A DNA stretch of 64,000 bases from Fibrobacterota bacterium (GTDB taxonomy: Bacteria; Fibrobacterota; Fibrobacteria; UBA11236), in assembly GCA_019509785.1 (NCBI GenBank), contig JAEKLQ010000021.1:80082-144081 (forward strand). Direction: 5' to 3'. The notes below the pieces were generated by a model. That model worked only from the letters and a program-made list of their open reading frames with translations. It was not told where the DNA came from and did no database searches. Each line of letters begins with the position of its first letter. Position 1 is the stretch's first letter. A program made the position numbers and the translations under genes. Below are positions 28,616 to 36,718 of the stretch, in pieces.

Positions 28616-29806
28616 ATGGCAACGATGCTACGAAGAAGGTTGCTGCGGACTTTTCTGGTCGCGCTGCCGTTCATAGCCGGTTGCGCATCGGAAGGGCTCC
28701 TGGGGCCGCCGCCGTCGGCCCATCCCAATGGGATCGGGCGCATCGGCGATGGCACCTTGGCGGATCAGTTGGAACTGATCCGCGGGAATCATCGCCTACC
28801 GGCGCTGGCCGCGGTTATTTTCGGCCCGGACACCATTTTCGAATCCGCTTCCGTCGGAGTTCGGGCGCTGGGGCACGATGAGCGCATCGGCCCCGATGAC
28901 CTATGGCATATCGGCTCCCTTACCAAATCGATGACGGCCACCGTGGCGGCGATCCTTATCGAGCAAGGGCGAATCAATTGGTATACGACCTTGGCGGAAG
29001 CCTTCCCCGATTTGCCCATGAGGCCGGAATACCGATCGGTAACGTTGAAGGATCTGCTCACGAATTCTTCGGGGATGGTCGCCGATGCGACAAGGGCGCC
29101 CAGTTGGAATAGCCAATCGGGGTCTACGCAAACCATTACGGAGCAAAGGCTTCAATTGGCGAAAGAGTATTTATCGATGAAACCCGATTCCCCCGTCGGG
29201 ACGTATAACTATTCCAATGCCGGGTACATCATCGCCGGAACCATGCTGGAAAAAGCCACCGGCGAATCCTGGGAGGAACTGATACAAAAGCTGCTTTTCA
29301 CGCCGCTTGCCATGGCAAGCGCGGGTTTCGGACCGCCACGCGGGACGGGCCCGGTCGATCAACCCTGGGGGCATTCCATCGTCGATGACGGATTCGCGCC
29401 CGTTCCCCCGGGCCCCGACGCGGACAATCCTCCTGCGATCGGACCCGCCGGAACAGTCCACGGGGACATGGCGGATCTCGTGAAGTATTACCAGGTCCAC
29501 CTGAAATCGGGGATGGGCCGGCAAACAGGAATCCTTTCCGATAGTTCCTTCCGGATTTTACATACGCCCGTGCCGGGTACGATCTATGCCTGCGGATGGG
29601 GAGTGATCGATAAGGCCTGGGCCGGGGGCGTCGCTTATCAGCATGAAGGAAGCAATAAATTCTGGCTGTCGGATATCTGGCTGGCGCCCGAGAAGGGATT
29701 CGGCATGCTCGTTTTGAGCAACGGCGCCGGCCTTAGGGCCAGCCAAGCGGAAGACGATGCGATTGCCGCTTTGATCACCCGCTTCAATGGCGAACCTCCG
29801 AACTGA
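28616..29806 (+). CDS. Serine hydrolase, beta-lactamase/class-C-like family, lipoprotein
   Basis: Lipobox LPFIAGC. S-x-x-K active-site motif in LWHIGSLTKSMTA. Confidence 0.8.
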   Translation: MATMLRRRLLRTFLVALPFIAGCASEGLLGPPPSAHPNGIGRIGDGTLADQLELIRGNHRLPALAAVIFGPDTIFESASVGVRALGHDERIGPDDLWHIGSLTKSMTATVAAILIEQGRINWYTTLAEAFPDLPMRPEYRSVTLKDLLTNSSGMVADATRAPSWNSQSGSTQTITEQRLQLAKEYLSMKPDSPVGTYNYSNAGYIIAGTMLEKATGESWEELIQKLLFTPLAMASAGFGPPRGTGPVDQPWGHSIVDDGFAPVPPGPDADNPPAIGPAGTVHGDMADLVKYYQVHLKSGMGRQTGILSDSSFRILHTPVPGTIYACGWGVIDKAWAGGVAYQHEGSNKFWLSDIWLAPEKGFGMLVLSNGAGLRASQAEDDAIAALITRFNGEPPN

Positions 29807-30416
29807 AAATCCCGTGGCGAATAAAACCAAGCTGATTCGCCCCCTGTTGTTCGCATCGCTATTGCTTTCGCGCGAAGTCCTGGCGGGCGAAACGATAGAA
29901 GCGCCATTCCCATCGACCCGCGAAAGCGCCGACGAACATCCTATGCAATACGTCTCCCTTACCTTTTCGCCTCTCAGCCTCCTGATACCCGAAGGTGAAA
30001 TCGGCATCGAGATGAGGAAATATGAAAAGTTGGGGCTGGGGGTTGTCGCCGGGGCGGGAAGGATTACCCAGGTATCCCCGGGCGTGAAATTGCATCTCTC
30101 GATCTATGATTTAGGCATACAAGCCAACTACTACGCGGTAGGAAGTTTCCGGCACGGAATGCAATTGGGATTCCGGGGAGTATACGAACATTTCGCCAAT
30201 CCCTTCGTCCATCAACTCCCGATATCGGGCAGCAACTTCAAGTTAGGGTCTTGGGTAGGCTATAAATACGTGATGAAGGTAGGTTTGACCTTCCAGACGC
30301 AGATCGGCTGCCAATATATCTGGAATCACGAGTCGGACGGAATCGAAGGCGGCACGAACTCCAAAAGCGAATCCCTGGCGCCGCTTCTCGAACTCGATCT
30401 CGGCTGGTCCTTCTAA
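29787..30416 (+). CDS. Hypothetical small outer-membrane beta-barrel-like protein (alternative GTG start at 29814)
   Basis: Signal-like N-terminus, alternating hydrophobic pattern and C-terminal ...LDLGWSF ending in Phe, typical of OM beta-barrels. Fold is inferred. Confidence 0.45.
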   Translation: MANLRTENPVANKTKLIRPLLFASLLLSREVLAGETIEAPFPSTRESADEHPMQYVSLTFSPLSLLIPEGEIGIEMRKYEKLGLGVVAGAGRITQVSPGVKLHLSIYDLGIQANYYAVGSFRHGMQLGFRGVYEHFANPFVHQLPISGSNFKLGSWVGYKYVMKVGLTFQTQIGCQYIWNHESDGIEGGTNSKSESLAPLLELDLGWSF

Positions 30417-30586
30417 CCGAACCCAACGGAGCGAGGGCCCCTCCTAGAGGTTTGTTCCTCGTCCCCCATTCTCCAGAGCCGCTTCCCCGTGCGGCCCCGA
30501 TGCGCCCACCCGCTATCCCGCTCTCCAAACCCCACCCCATTCCCCCGCGGGCCTTGCGCCCAGGCCCGCCGGGGCCGCAGGCCCCG

Positions 30587-30643
30587 CCTTCTCTCCCCTC
30601 TCCCCATTCCCCTCTCTCCCATTCCTACCCACCCCCTCTCTTC
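30587..30643. repeat. G-free polypyrimidine (C/T-rich) tract on the + strand (polypurine on the - strand), inside a 500-bp noncoding gap between convergent genes
   Basis: ccttctctcccctctccccattcccctctctcccattcctacccaccccctctcttc read directly from the sequence. 57 nt without a single G. Confidence 0.6.
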
Positions 30644-30914
30644 GCGTTCCACGAAGTAGGGCCCGGGGCTTGTCACGCGCGGGGCCGCGGCCTGGCCGGG
30701 TCGAGTCGCGGCGAATCGAGGCGGGCGCAGCGCGGCAATCGCGATCGATTCAATGGATCGATAGCCCGCATACCTCAACCATGGATTACAGAGGGAAATT
30801 TGCGGGCGAAGCGATTCCCGCGCGAAGCAGCGATTACAACGTACCGTCGAGCCTCGTCTGAGCCGCGCCGCGACCCGTCCAGGCCGCAGACCCACCCCTA
30901 CAAAGACCCGGTCC

Positions 30915-32393
30915 CTACTCCGGCTTCCACTTACGGATCTTCATATACTGCGGAAAAACCTCCGGCTTGAAAATCGACTTGTTCGCGAGCAGGCGCAAAC
31001 ACTCCTGTATCCCCTCCGTGATGGAAGGATGCGGATGGATCGATTTCATGATATCCGCCACGCCCTTATCCTGATCCATCAGATGCGCGATCACCATGAT
31101 GGTGTTGGATGCCTGCGGCCCGGCGGCGCGCATCCCCAGGATGCGATCCTGCCCGTCATCGCTCACGAGGATTTTCACGAACCCATCCGTGCGACGCATG
31201 GCGATGGCGCGGTTCAGCAAGGCGTTGGAATAATAGGCGACCTGGTATGGGATGTGGTTCGCCTGGCATTGCATCTCGTTAAGGCCCACGGCCGCCACTT
31301 CGGGATTGAAGAACATGATGGTGGACATGTTGCTATAGCGGAGCGGGTACTTGTTCTTGAGGTACATCGCCTTTACCGCATAGCGGCCTTCCATCTCGGC
31401 CACGTTATACAGGGCCGAATGCTGGGTCGCATCGCCCACGGCGAAGATGTTCCCTTTCACGCGGCAATCGCCGTCGGTATCCAGGGCGCCGCGGGAATTG
31501 ATCTTGATGCCCACCTTGTCCAGGTTCAGGCGATCCAGGTTCGGGGTCCGGCCCACGGATACCAGGGCCACGTCCACTTCCAGCACCATGGAGCGGCCCT
31601 CGTCGTAGTCCACCACCACCTCGAGGAAATCGTCATGGTGGATGATCTTGCGGAGGATGGCGTTGTGATGCACTTCCACCCCGCGGGCGGCAAGGTTGGC
31701 GTTCACGAATTCGCTGATGTCCGCGTCTTCGCTGGGCAAAACGCGCGGCTGGCGATCGAGCAGATGGACCTTGGTCTGGTGGAAATTGGAAAAGATGGTG
31801 GCGTATTCGCAGCCGAGCACGCCCGCGCCGATGATGAGGAAGCGCTTGGGGAACTTCTTCAGGCTCAGCACGTCGTCCGAGGTGAGGACGCGTTTATGAT
31901 CGCAAACGATGCCGGGGAATTCGCGCGGCTTGGACCCCGTCGCGAGGACGAAAAAATCCGCCCGGATGGTTTCCGTCGTGCCGTCGGGATAGGTCACCAG
32001 AACCGAATGTTGATCCAGGAACGATCCCCATCCCCGCTTCAGGGCGATCGAACCCGGTCCTTTCCAGCGCGGGGCCGTAAAGCTTTCCACCTGGGAAAGG
32101 ATCTGGTACTGCTTCTCCTTGGCGGCGTTGATGACCGTGTCGCGCACCTGTTCGTAGTCGACCGCCAGGCCGGCGGCGCGGTAGCCGCGGTCCACCGCGG
32201 CGGCGGTGGCGTAGTCCTTGGACAGCTCCCATAAGGTCTTCGAAGTCATGGCCCCGTGCATGATGCCGGCGCCGCCGATGTTGCCGCCTTCCAACATCAC
32301 CACGCGCTTGCCGAAATCGAACCCGCGCATGGCGGCCGCGAAACCGCCGGGGCCCGATCCGATCACGCAAATGTCGTACTTATCCGGTTCCAT
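30915..32393 (-). CDS. FAD-dependent pyridine nucleotide-disulfide oxidoreductase family protein (SthA / dihydrolipoamide-dehydrogenase-like), apparently lacking the redox-active CxxxxC disulfide
   Basis: FAD GxGxxG (DICVIGSGPGG), NAD(P) site (FLIIGAGVLGCEYA), C-terminal dimerisation domain (HPHPSITEG). The disulfide position reads GGAGIMHGAMTSK with no Cys. Confidence 0.75.
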   Translation of the reverse strand: MEPDKYDICVIGSGPGGFAAAMRGFDFGKRVVMLEGGNIGGAGIMHGAMTSKTLWELSKDYATAAAVDRGYRAAGLAVDYEQVRDTVINAAKEKQYQILSQVESFTAPRWKGPGSIALKRGWGSFLDQHSVLVTYPDGTTETIRADFFVLATGSKPREFPGIVCDHKRVLTSDDVLSLKKFPKRFLIIGAGVLGCEYATIFSNFHQTKVHLLDRQPRVLPSEDADISEFVNANLAARGVEVHHNAILRKIIHHDDFLEVVVDYDEGRSMVLEVDVALVSVGRTPNLDRLNLDKVGIKINSRGALDTDGDCRVKGNIFAVGDATQHSALYNVAEMEGRYAVKAMYLKNKYPLRYSNMSTIMFFNPEVAAVGLNEMQCQANHIPYQVAYYSNALLNRAIAMRRTDGFVKILVSDDGQDRILGMRAAGPQASNTIMVIAHLMDQDKGVADIMKSIHPHPSITEGIQECLRLLANKSIFKPEVFPQYMKIRKWKPE

Positions 32394-32507
32394 GAATCAC
32401 TCCGCGGGAATTTTCCCCAAGGATACCTAATCCAAGTCCGCTTTTCCAGTTCGCGCCCGATCCGTTTCACTGAACCGCAAGCGGATCCCGTCGCGGAGCG
32501 GGGCGCT

Positions 32508-33200
32508 TCAGCCGGCGCGGGCCCGGGCCATCAACGGATCTTCGATGCCCGCTTCCGCGAAGCCTTTCGCCCGCAGCAGGCAGGCCGGGCATTTGCCGCA
32601 AGGCGGGTAATGCCCTTCATAGCAAGTGTGGCTGAAGGCCAGGGAATCCAGCGCCCCCAGTTCGCGGGCCCAGAGCACCGATTCGGCCTTGGTTTTGAAC
32701 ATGAGGGGCGTATGGATATGGAACTCCCCTTCCGCATGGCCCAAGCCGAGACCCAAGGCGCGTTCCAGGCTCTTCAGGGTGGCGTCCCGGCAATCGGGAT
32801 AGCCGCTGTAATCGGTTTGGCATACGCCCGTGACAAGATGCCGGATTCCTAGAGTGAAGGCGTAGCTGGCCGCGTAGGTGAGGAAGATGAGGTTGCGTCC
32901 CGGCACGAAGGTGTTCGGTAGGCCGCTGTCCGGTACGGGCGCGATGGCCAGGTCCGGATCCACGAGCGCGTTGCCGCCCAACTCGCGGAAGAAGTCCAGG
33001 CGGAAAACCCTTAACGGGACCGCCAGACGTCCCGCGATGGCGCGCGCGGCTTCCAACTCGGAAGCGTGCCGTTGCCCATAATCGAAGAAGACCGCCTCCA
33101 CCCGCGCGAAAGTCCGCAAGGCCCAATGCAGGCAGGTGGTGGAATCCTGGCCCCCCGAGAACACGACCAAACAGGCTTCGGAAGACAATGCCCGATTCAT
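32508..33200 (-). CDS. queC: 7-cyano-7-deazaguanine synthase
   Basis: PP-loop SGGQDS and C-terminal zinc-binding CxxC...CGKCPAC cluster. Confidence 0.9.
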   Translation of the reverse strand: MNRALSSEACLVVFSGGQDSTTCLHWALRTFARVEAVFFDYGQRHASELEAARAIAGRLAVPLRVFRLDFFRELGGNALVDPDLAIAPVPDSGLPNTFVPGRNLIFLTYAASYAFTLGIRHLVTGVCQTDYSGYPDCRDATLKSLERALGLGLGHAEGEFHIHTPLMFKTKAESVLWARELGALDSLAFSHTCYEGHYPPCGKCPACLLRAKGFAEAGIEDPLMARARAG

Positions 33201-33817
33201 CGCAGCCCCAGTTCCTTATGCAATTGGAAAGACAATCGCCAACGCGGCCGGGCCATAACGGCCTGGATGGTCCTATCGCGCTCGGCCCTACTGCGCGCCG
33301 AATCGCGCTCCCCGCCGCCCCACGGCGCGGTCCGGATTTCCTTCGGCTGCAGGAAATAATGCTCGAACTCCGAGTCCTCGAAGAAGGAAAGATCCTGCCC
33401 TTCGTAGACCAGCTTCAATTCCTGCCCGCGCTTCAAGACCCATTTCCCCTTCTGCGACAATTTGGGGCTTACCGTCACCCAATCCACCCCCAGGGTTTCG
33501 GCGGAAGTTCCGTTGGTTTCCATGGAGACGTAATACCCGGCCGCATGCAGAAGCTCGACCAGGACGCGGAAGCCCGGCTGGAGGGTCGGCTCGCCGCCCG
33601 TCAGGACCACGAACCGGCAAGCCCCGAAGCCTGCCACGCGTTCCAGGATTTGCGCGGGGGTCAGCTTCTCGCGGGGCGAGAAGTCGGTATCGCAGAAATC
33701 GCAGGCCAGGTTGCAACCCGTCCCGCGCACGAAGACGGCGGGTTTGCCCGCGTGGAATCCTTCCCCCTGGAGGGAATGGAAGATTTCGGTGATACGCAGG
33801 AAGGGTTGGCTTGGCAT
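33197..33817 (-). CDS. queE: 7-carboxy-7-deazaguanine synthase (radical SAM)
   Basis: ITEIFHSLQGEG... CNLACDFCDT radical-SAM cluster motif typical of QueE. Overlaps queC by 4 nt. Confidence 0.85.
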   Translation of the reverse strand: MPSQPFLRITEIFHSLQGEGFHAGKPAVFVRGTGCNLACDFCDTDFSPREKLTPAQILERVAGFGACRFVVLTGGEPTLQPGFRVLVELLHAAGYYVSMETNGTSAETLGVDWVTVSPKLSQKGKWVLKRGQELKLVYEGQDLSFFEDSEFEHYFLQPKEIRTAPWGGGERDSARSRAERDRTIQAVMARPRWRLSFQLHKELGLR

Positions 33818-33987
33818 TGATGTCGGCGCCGGGATTAAGGGTCCTTAATACGACCGGACCCGGCGGCCCGCGCGGGCCCTTGGGACTTCGGCGCCGCCCC
33901 TAAAGGTAGCAACCGCGCCCCGGCCCTGAAAGGCCGACGGCCCGGCCGCCGGGAACCGTTCCCGCCGATGTACCTTTTGGAAAGGCT

Positions 33988-34644
33988 ATGCAGAACGATT
34001 CCTTCGAAAAATCCCAAAGGTACCTGAACCAATTGCTGGGCTACCTGGAAGGATTGAATAGCGAGATGGAAAGCGACTCCTCCGAGGCCGCCTCCACCGG
34101 GCCCTTGGGGCTGCCGGCCCGTATCGCGGCCATCCTCACCGATAGCGGTTGGCTGGAAGGCCTGCATCTCAAGGCCCAGGGTTGCCTGTCGTCGGACTTG
34201 TTGGAGTTCGTCCGCGTCGTAGGCTACGCATTCGAAATCGAGGCTTCGCCCTTGGGCGCGTTCAAGCTCCCCTTCATCGATAACGAACTGGTCATCCAGC
34301 GCAAGACGTTGAACGCCTTCATGGAAAAGGCGTGGTTGGCCTACCATGCGGCCCTTCTCTCCGCCTACGCCCTCAAGCCCCTCCGTTTCGAACGCGTCCC
34401 TTCCGTGGACGGGCTGGAAGAAGTGGTCCGCATCCGCGAAGCCCCCTCCGAGACGGACGAGGGCCATTCGCCCGCATTGCGCGCGGAAGCCCTGCATAGC
34501 CTCAACAACGCCCTGGCCGGGATCACCAGCTACGTGAGCCTGATCCTGGAAGAGCGGATGGATGATGAGGATTTGCAGGAGAAATTAGGCTTGGTGCTGG
34601 AGGCGGCCAAGCGGGCGGCTACCCTCGTGCCGGCTTGGGAGTAG
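33988..34644 (+). CDS. Hypothetical protein with C-terminal HisKA-like dimerisation/phosphoacceptor domain and no ATPase domain
   Basis: C-terminal EALHSLNNALAGITSYVSLILEE resembles the H-box (h-E-[LI]-[RN]-N-P-L) of histidine kinases. No HATPase_c follows. Confidence 0.4.
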   Translation: MQNDSFEKSQRYLNQLLGYLEGLNSEMESDSSEAASTGPLGLPARIAAILTDSGWLEGLHLKAQGCLSSDLLEFVRVVGYAFEIEASPLGAFKLPFIDNELVIQRKTLNAFMEKAWLAYHAALLSAYALKPLRFERVPSVDGLEEVVRIREAPSETDEGHSPALRAEALHSLNNALAGITSYVSLILEERMDDEDLQEKLGLVLEAAKRAATLVPAWE

Positions 34645-34647
34645 CGC

Positions 34648-35385
34648 TTAGAACCCGTGATCGATCTGCGCCTTGGCCCGCAGTTCTTCCTTGGCATCGC
34701 CGGCCAATCCCAAGGCGGCCCCGGCCATGAGGCGGGAATGACGCCCGAAGGCGACGATCAAGGCGGGCTGGATATCCATCGCCAGGTGATTTTCGAAATC
34801 GCGGGACTGGCTGGATGCGATGAGCCCGAGCTCGAAGGACAAGGGACGGCCCGGCATCAGGACCGGATACCATCCGGCTTCGAAGGCCGTCAGGGCACGG
34901 TTATAGACCAGGGCGTCCAGAAAGCCTAAGCGGAGGGCCAGGCGCGAATCGAGGATTTCGAAATGGTGGAAGCGGGAAACGGCGGCGAAGGAAAGCCCGA
35001 AGTCCCTGTCCCCATTGGCCGGCACCAGCAAGTCCGCCTGATAACTGGTCCGTGTGCGCGATTGCCATTTGCCCCCGAAGACCAGGAAAGGCACGTGATC
35101 GTTCGTGCCGCTGCCCCATGCGGTCTGGATGCCCGCCCCCAATTCCACGTCCGGCGCGGCCCGGAACGCCAAGGACACGGGGATCTGCCAGATGTCGGTG
35201 TTGCGCGAATCGATGATGGCCGCGCCGGACAAGTGCAGGGTTTGCGGGCGGACGCCGGCGGGCTCCAGATCGTAAGAGGCATAGTGGATGGGGTTGAAGG
35301 CGCTCGCAATGGCCGGCAGGGCCAGGCAGGCGGCGAAGGCCCCTGTAACCGCCCGGTTACGCACGTTCCGCATGGGTATGCTCAT
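34648..35385 (-). CDS. Hypothetical outer-membrane protein (signal peptide, C-terminal Phe)
   Basis: Signal peptide AFAACLALPAIASA. Beta-strand-like alternation. Terminal ...IDHGF. Confidence 0.5.
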   Translation of the reverse strand: MSIPMRNVRNRAVTGAFAACLALPAIASAFNPIHYASYDLEPAGVRPQTLHLSGAAIIDSRNTDIWQIPVSLAFRAAPDVELGAGIQTAWGSGTNDHVPFLVFGGKWQSRTRTSYQADLLVPANGDRDFGLSFAAVSRFHHFEILDSRLALRLGFLDALVYNRALTAFEAGWYPVLMPGRPLSFELGLIASSQSRDFENHLAMDIQPALIVAFGRHSRLMAGAALGLAGDAKEELRAKAQIDHGF

Positions 35386-35461
35386 GCCCGAAGTATAGGT
35401 TATTCCCGTCCCGAAGCGAGAGCGTCCCGGAAGGCAAAAATGTTATCTTGGGAACCATCCC

Positions 35462-36673
35462 ATGCCGAAATCCAAACGGAAATCCCCATCGCCGCGTAAG
35501 ACCGCGCGCAAGGCCACCCGTAAGGCCGCCGCGCCTTCCGATCCGGCCCCGCGGCCAGGCTGGACTGATGCCTCCATCCTCCGCATCGCGCGCAAGTCCA
35601 TCCAGGCCCTGAAGCCTTACGTGCCGGGCAAGTCCATAGAAGAGGTGCAGGCCCGATATCAGCCTAAGATGATCACCAAGTTGGGCTCGAATGAGAATCC
35701 CCTCGGAGCCAGCCCCAAGGTGATCGAAGCCCTGGGCGCGGCCCTTCCCAAGGTCAGCCTATATCCGGACGGATCCAGCGGCGCCCTGCGCCGGGCCCTC
35801 GCCGAATGCTTCGGCGTCGAGCCCGGGCAAATCATGGTCGGCAACGGCTCGGACGAGGTCCTGCTGCTGATCGCTGCCGCCTTCCTGAACCCGGGGGAAA
35901 AGGTCCTCGTTTCCGAGAACACCTTTTCCGAATACGAATTCGCCGGCCGGGTGATGGACGGGAAGATCGTGAAGATCCCCTTGCGCAAGCATCGCTATGA
36001 TCTGGCCGCGTTCAAAAAGAAGTTGGCCACCAAGCCGAAGCTCGTCTTCCTTTGCAATCCCAACAATCCCACCGGCACCTATTTCAGCCATGCCGAGCTC
36101 GAAGCGCTCTTGCGCGCGGCCCCGCCCCGCACCTTGGTGGTGGTGGACGAAGCTTACTGCGAATACGCGGACGCGCCGGATTTCCCGCGCTCCTTGGAAT
36201 TGCTCGCGGCTTATCCCAACCTCATCATCAGCCGCACCTTCAGCAAGATTTTCGGAATGGCGGGCTTGCGCCTGGGCTATGCCTTCGCCCATCCCTTGAT
36301 CATCCGCGAGACGGGGCGCGTCAAGACCCCTTTCAACGTGAACCTGCTGGTGCAGGCCGCGGCCCTGGCCGCCCTCTCGGACGGGGATTTCAAGCGGCGG
36401 TCCATCGCCAACAACCTCGAAGGCCGCGCCTTCCTGGAGAAGGAATTGGCGGCGCGGGGACTGGATCCCTTGCCCACCCAGGCCAACTTCATTTGCTTCC
36501 GCGTGCCCCGCCCCGCCGTGGACGTTTGCGAGGACATGCTGAAGCAAGGCCTGATCGCGCGCGCCTTGAAGAGCTTCGGGCTGGAGGATCGGATCCGCAT
36601 CACCATCGGGACGCCGGATCAGAACGAACGCTTCTTGCAAGCCTTGGATGCGGCCCTAGCGCCGCATCCATAA
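35462..36673 (+). CDS. hisC: Histidinol-phosphate aminotransferase with ~32-aa Lys/Arg/Pro-rich N-terminal extension
   Basis: Class-II aminotransferase blocks (LKPYVPGK, KLGSNENPLG, PNNPTG, pyridoxal-Lys region FSKIFGMAGLRLGY). N-terminus MPKSKRKSPSPRKTARKATRKAAAP precedes the conserved region. Confidence 0.85.
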   Translation: MPKSKRKSPSPRKTARKATRKAAAPSDPAPRPGWTDASILRIARKSIQALKPYVPGKSIEEVQARYQPKMITKLGSNENPLGASPKVIEALGAALPKVSLYPDGSSGALRRALAECFGVEPGQIMVGNGSDEVLLLIAAAFLNPGEKVLVSENTFSEYEFAGRVMDGKIVKIPLRKHRYDLAAFKKKLATKPKLVFLCNPNNPTGTYFSHAELEALLRAAPPRTLVVVDEAYCEYADAPDFPRSLELLAAYPNLIISRTFSKIFGMAGLRLGYAFAHPLIIRETGRVKTPFNVNLLVQAAALAALSDGDFKRRSIANNLEGRAFLEKELAARGLDPLPTQANFICFRVPRPAVDVCEDMLKQGLIARALKSFGLEDRIRITIGTPDQNERFLQALDAALAPHP

Positions 36674-36718
36674 GCGCCAGGCTCGGGAACCGGGCTTTAC
36701 CCGGTCACTGATGCGGAC

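Noticed and set aside
30452-30970. 172-aa Pro-rich ORF in the convergent intergenic region
   Set aside because: Proline richness simply mirrors the C-rich polypyrimidine tract. No start context, and it runs into the 3' end of the convergent sthA-like gene.
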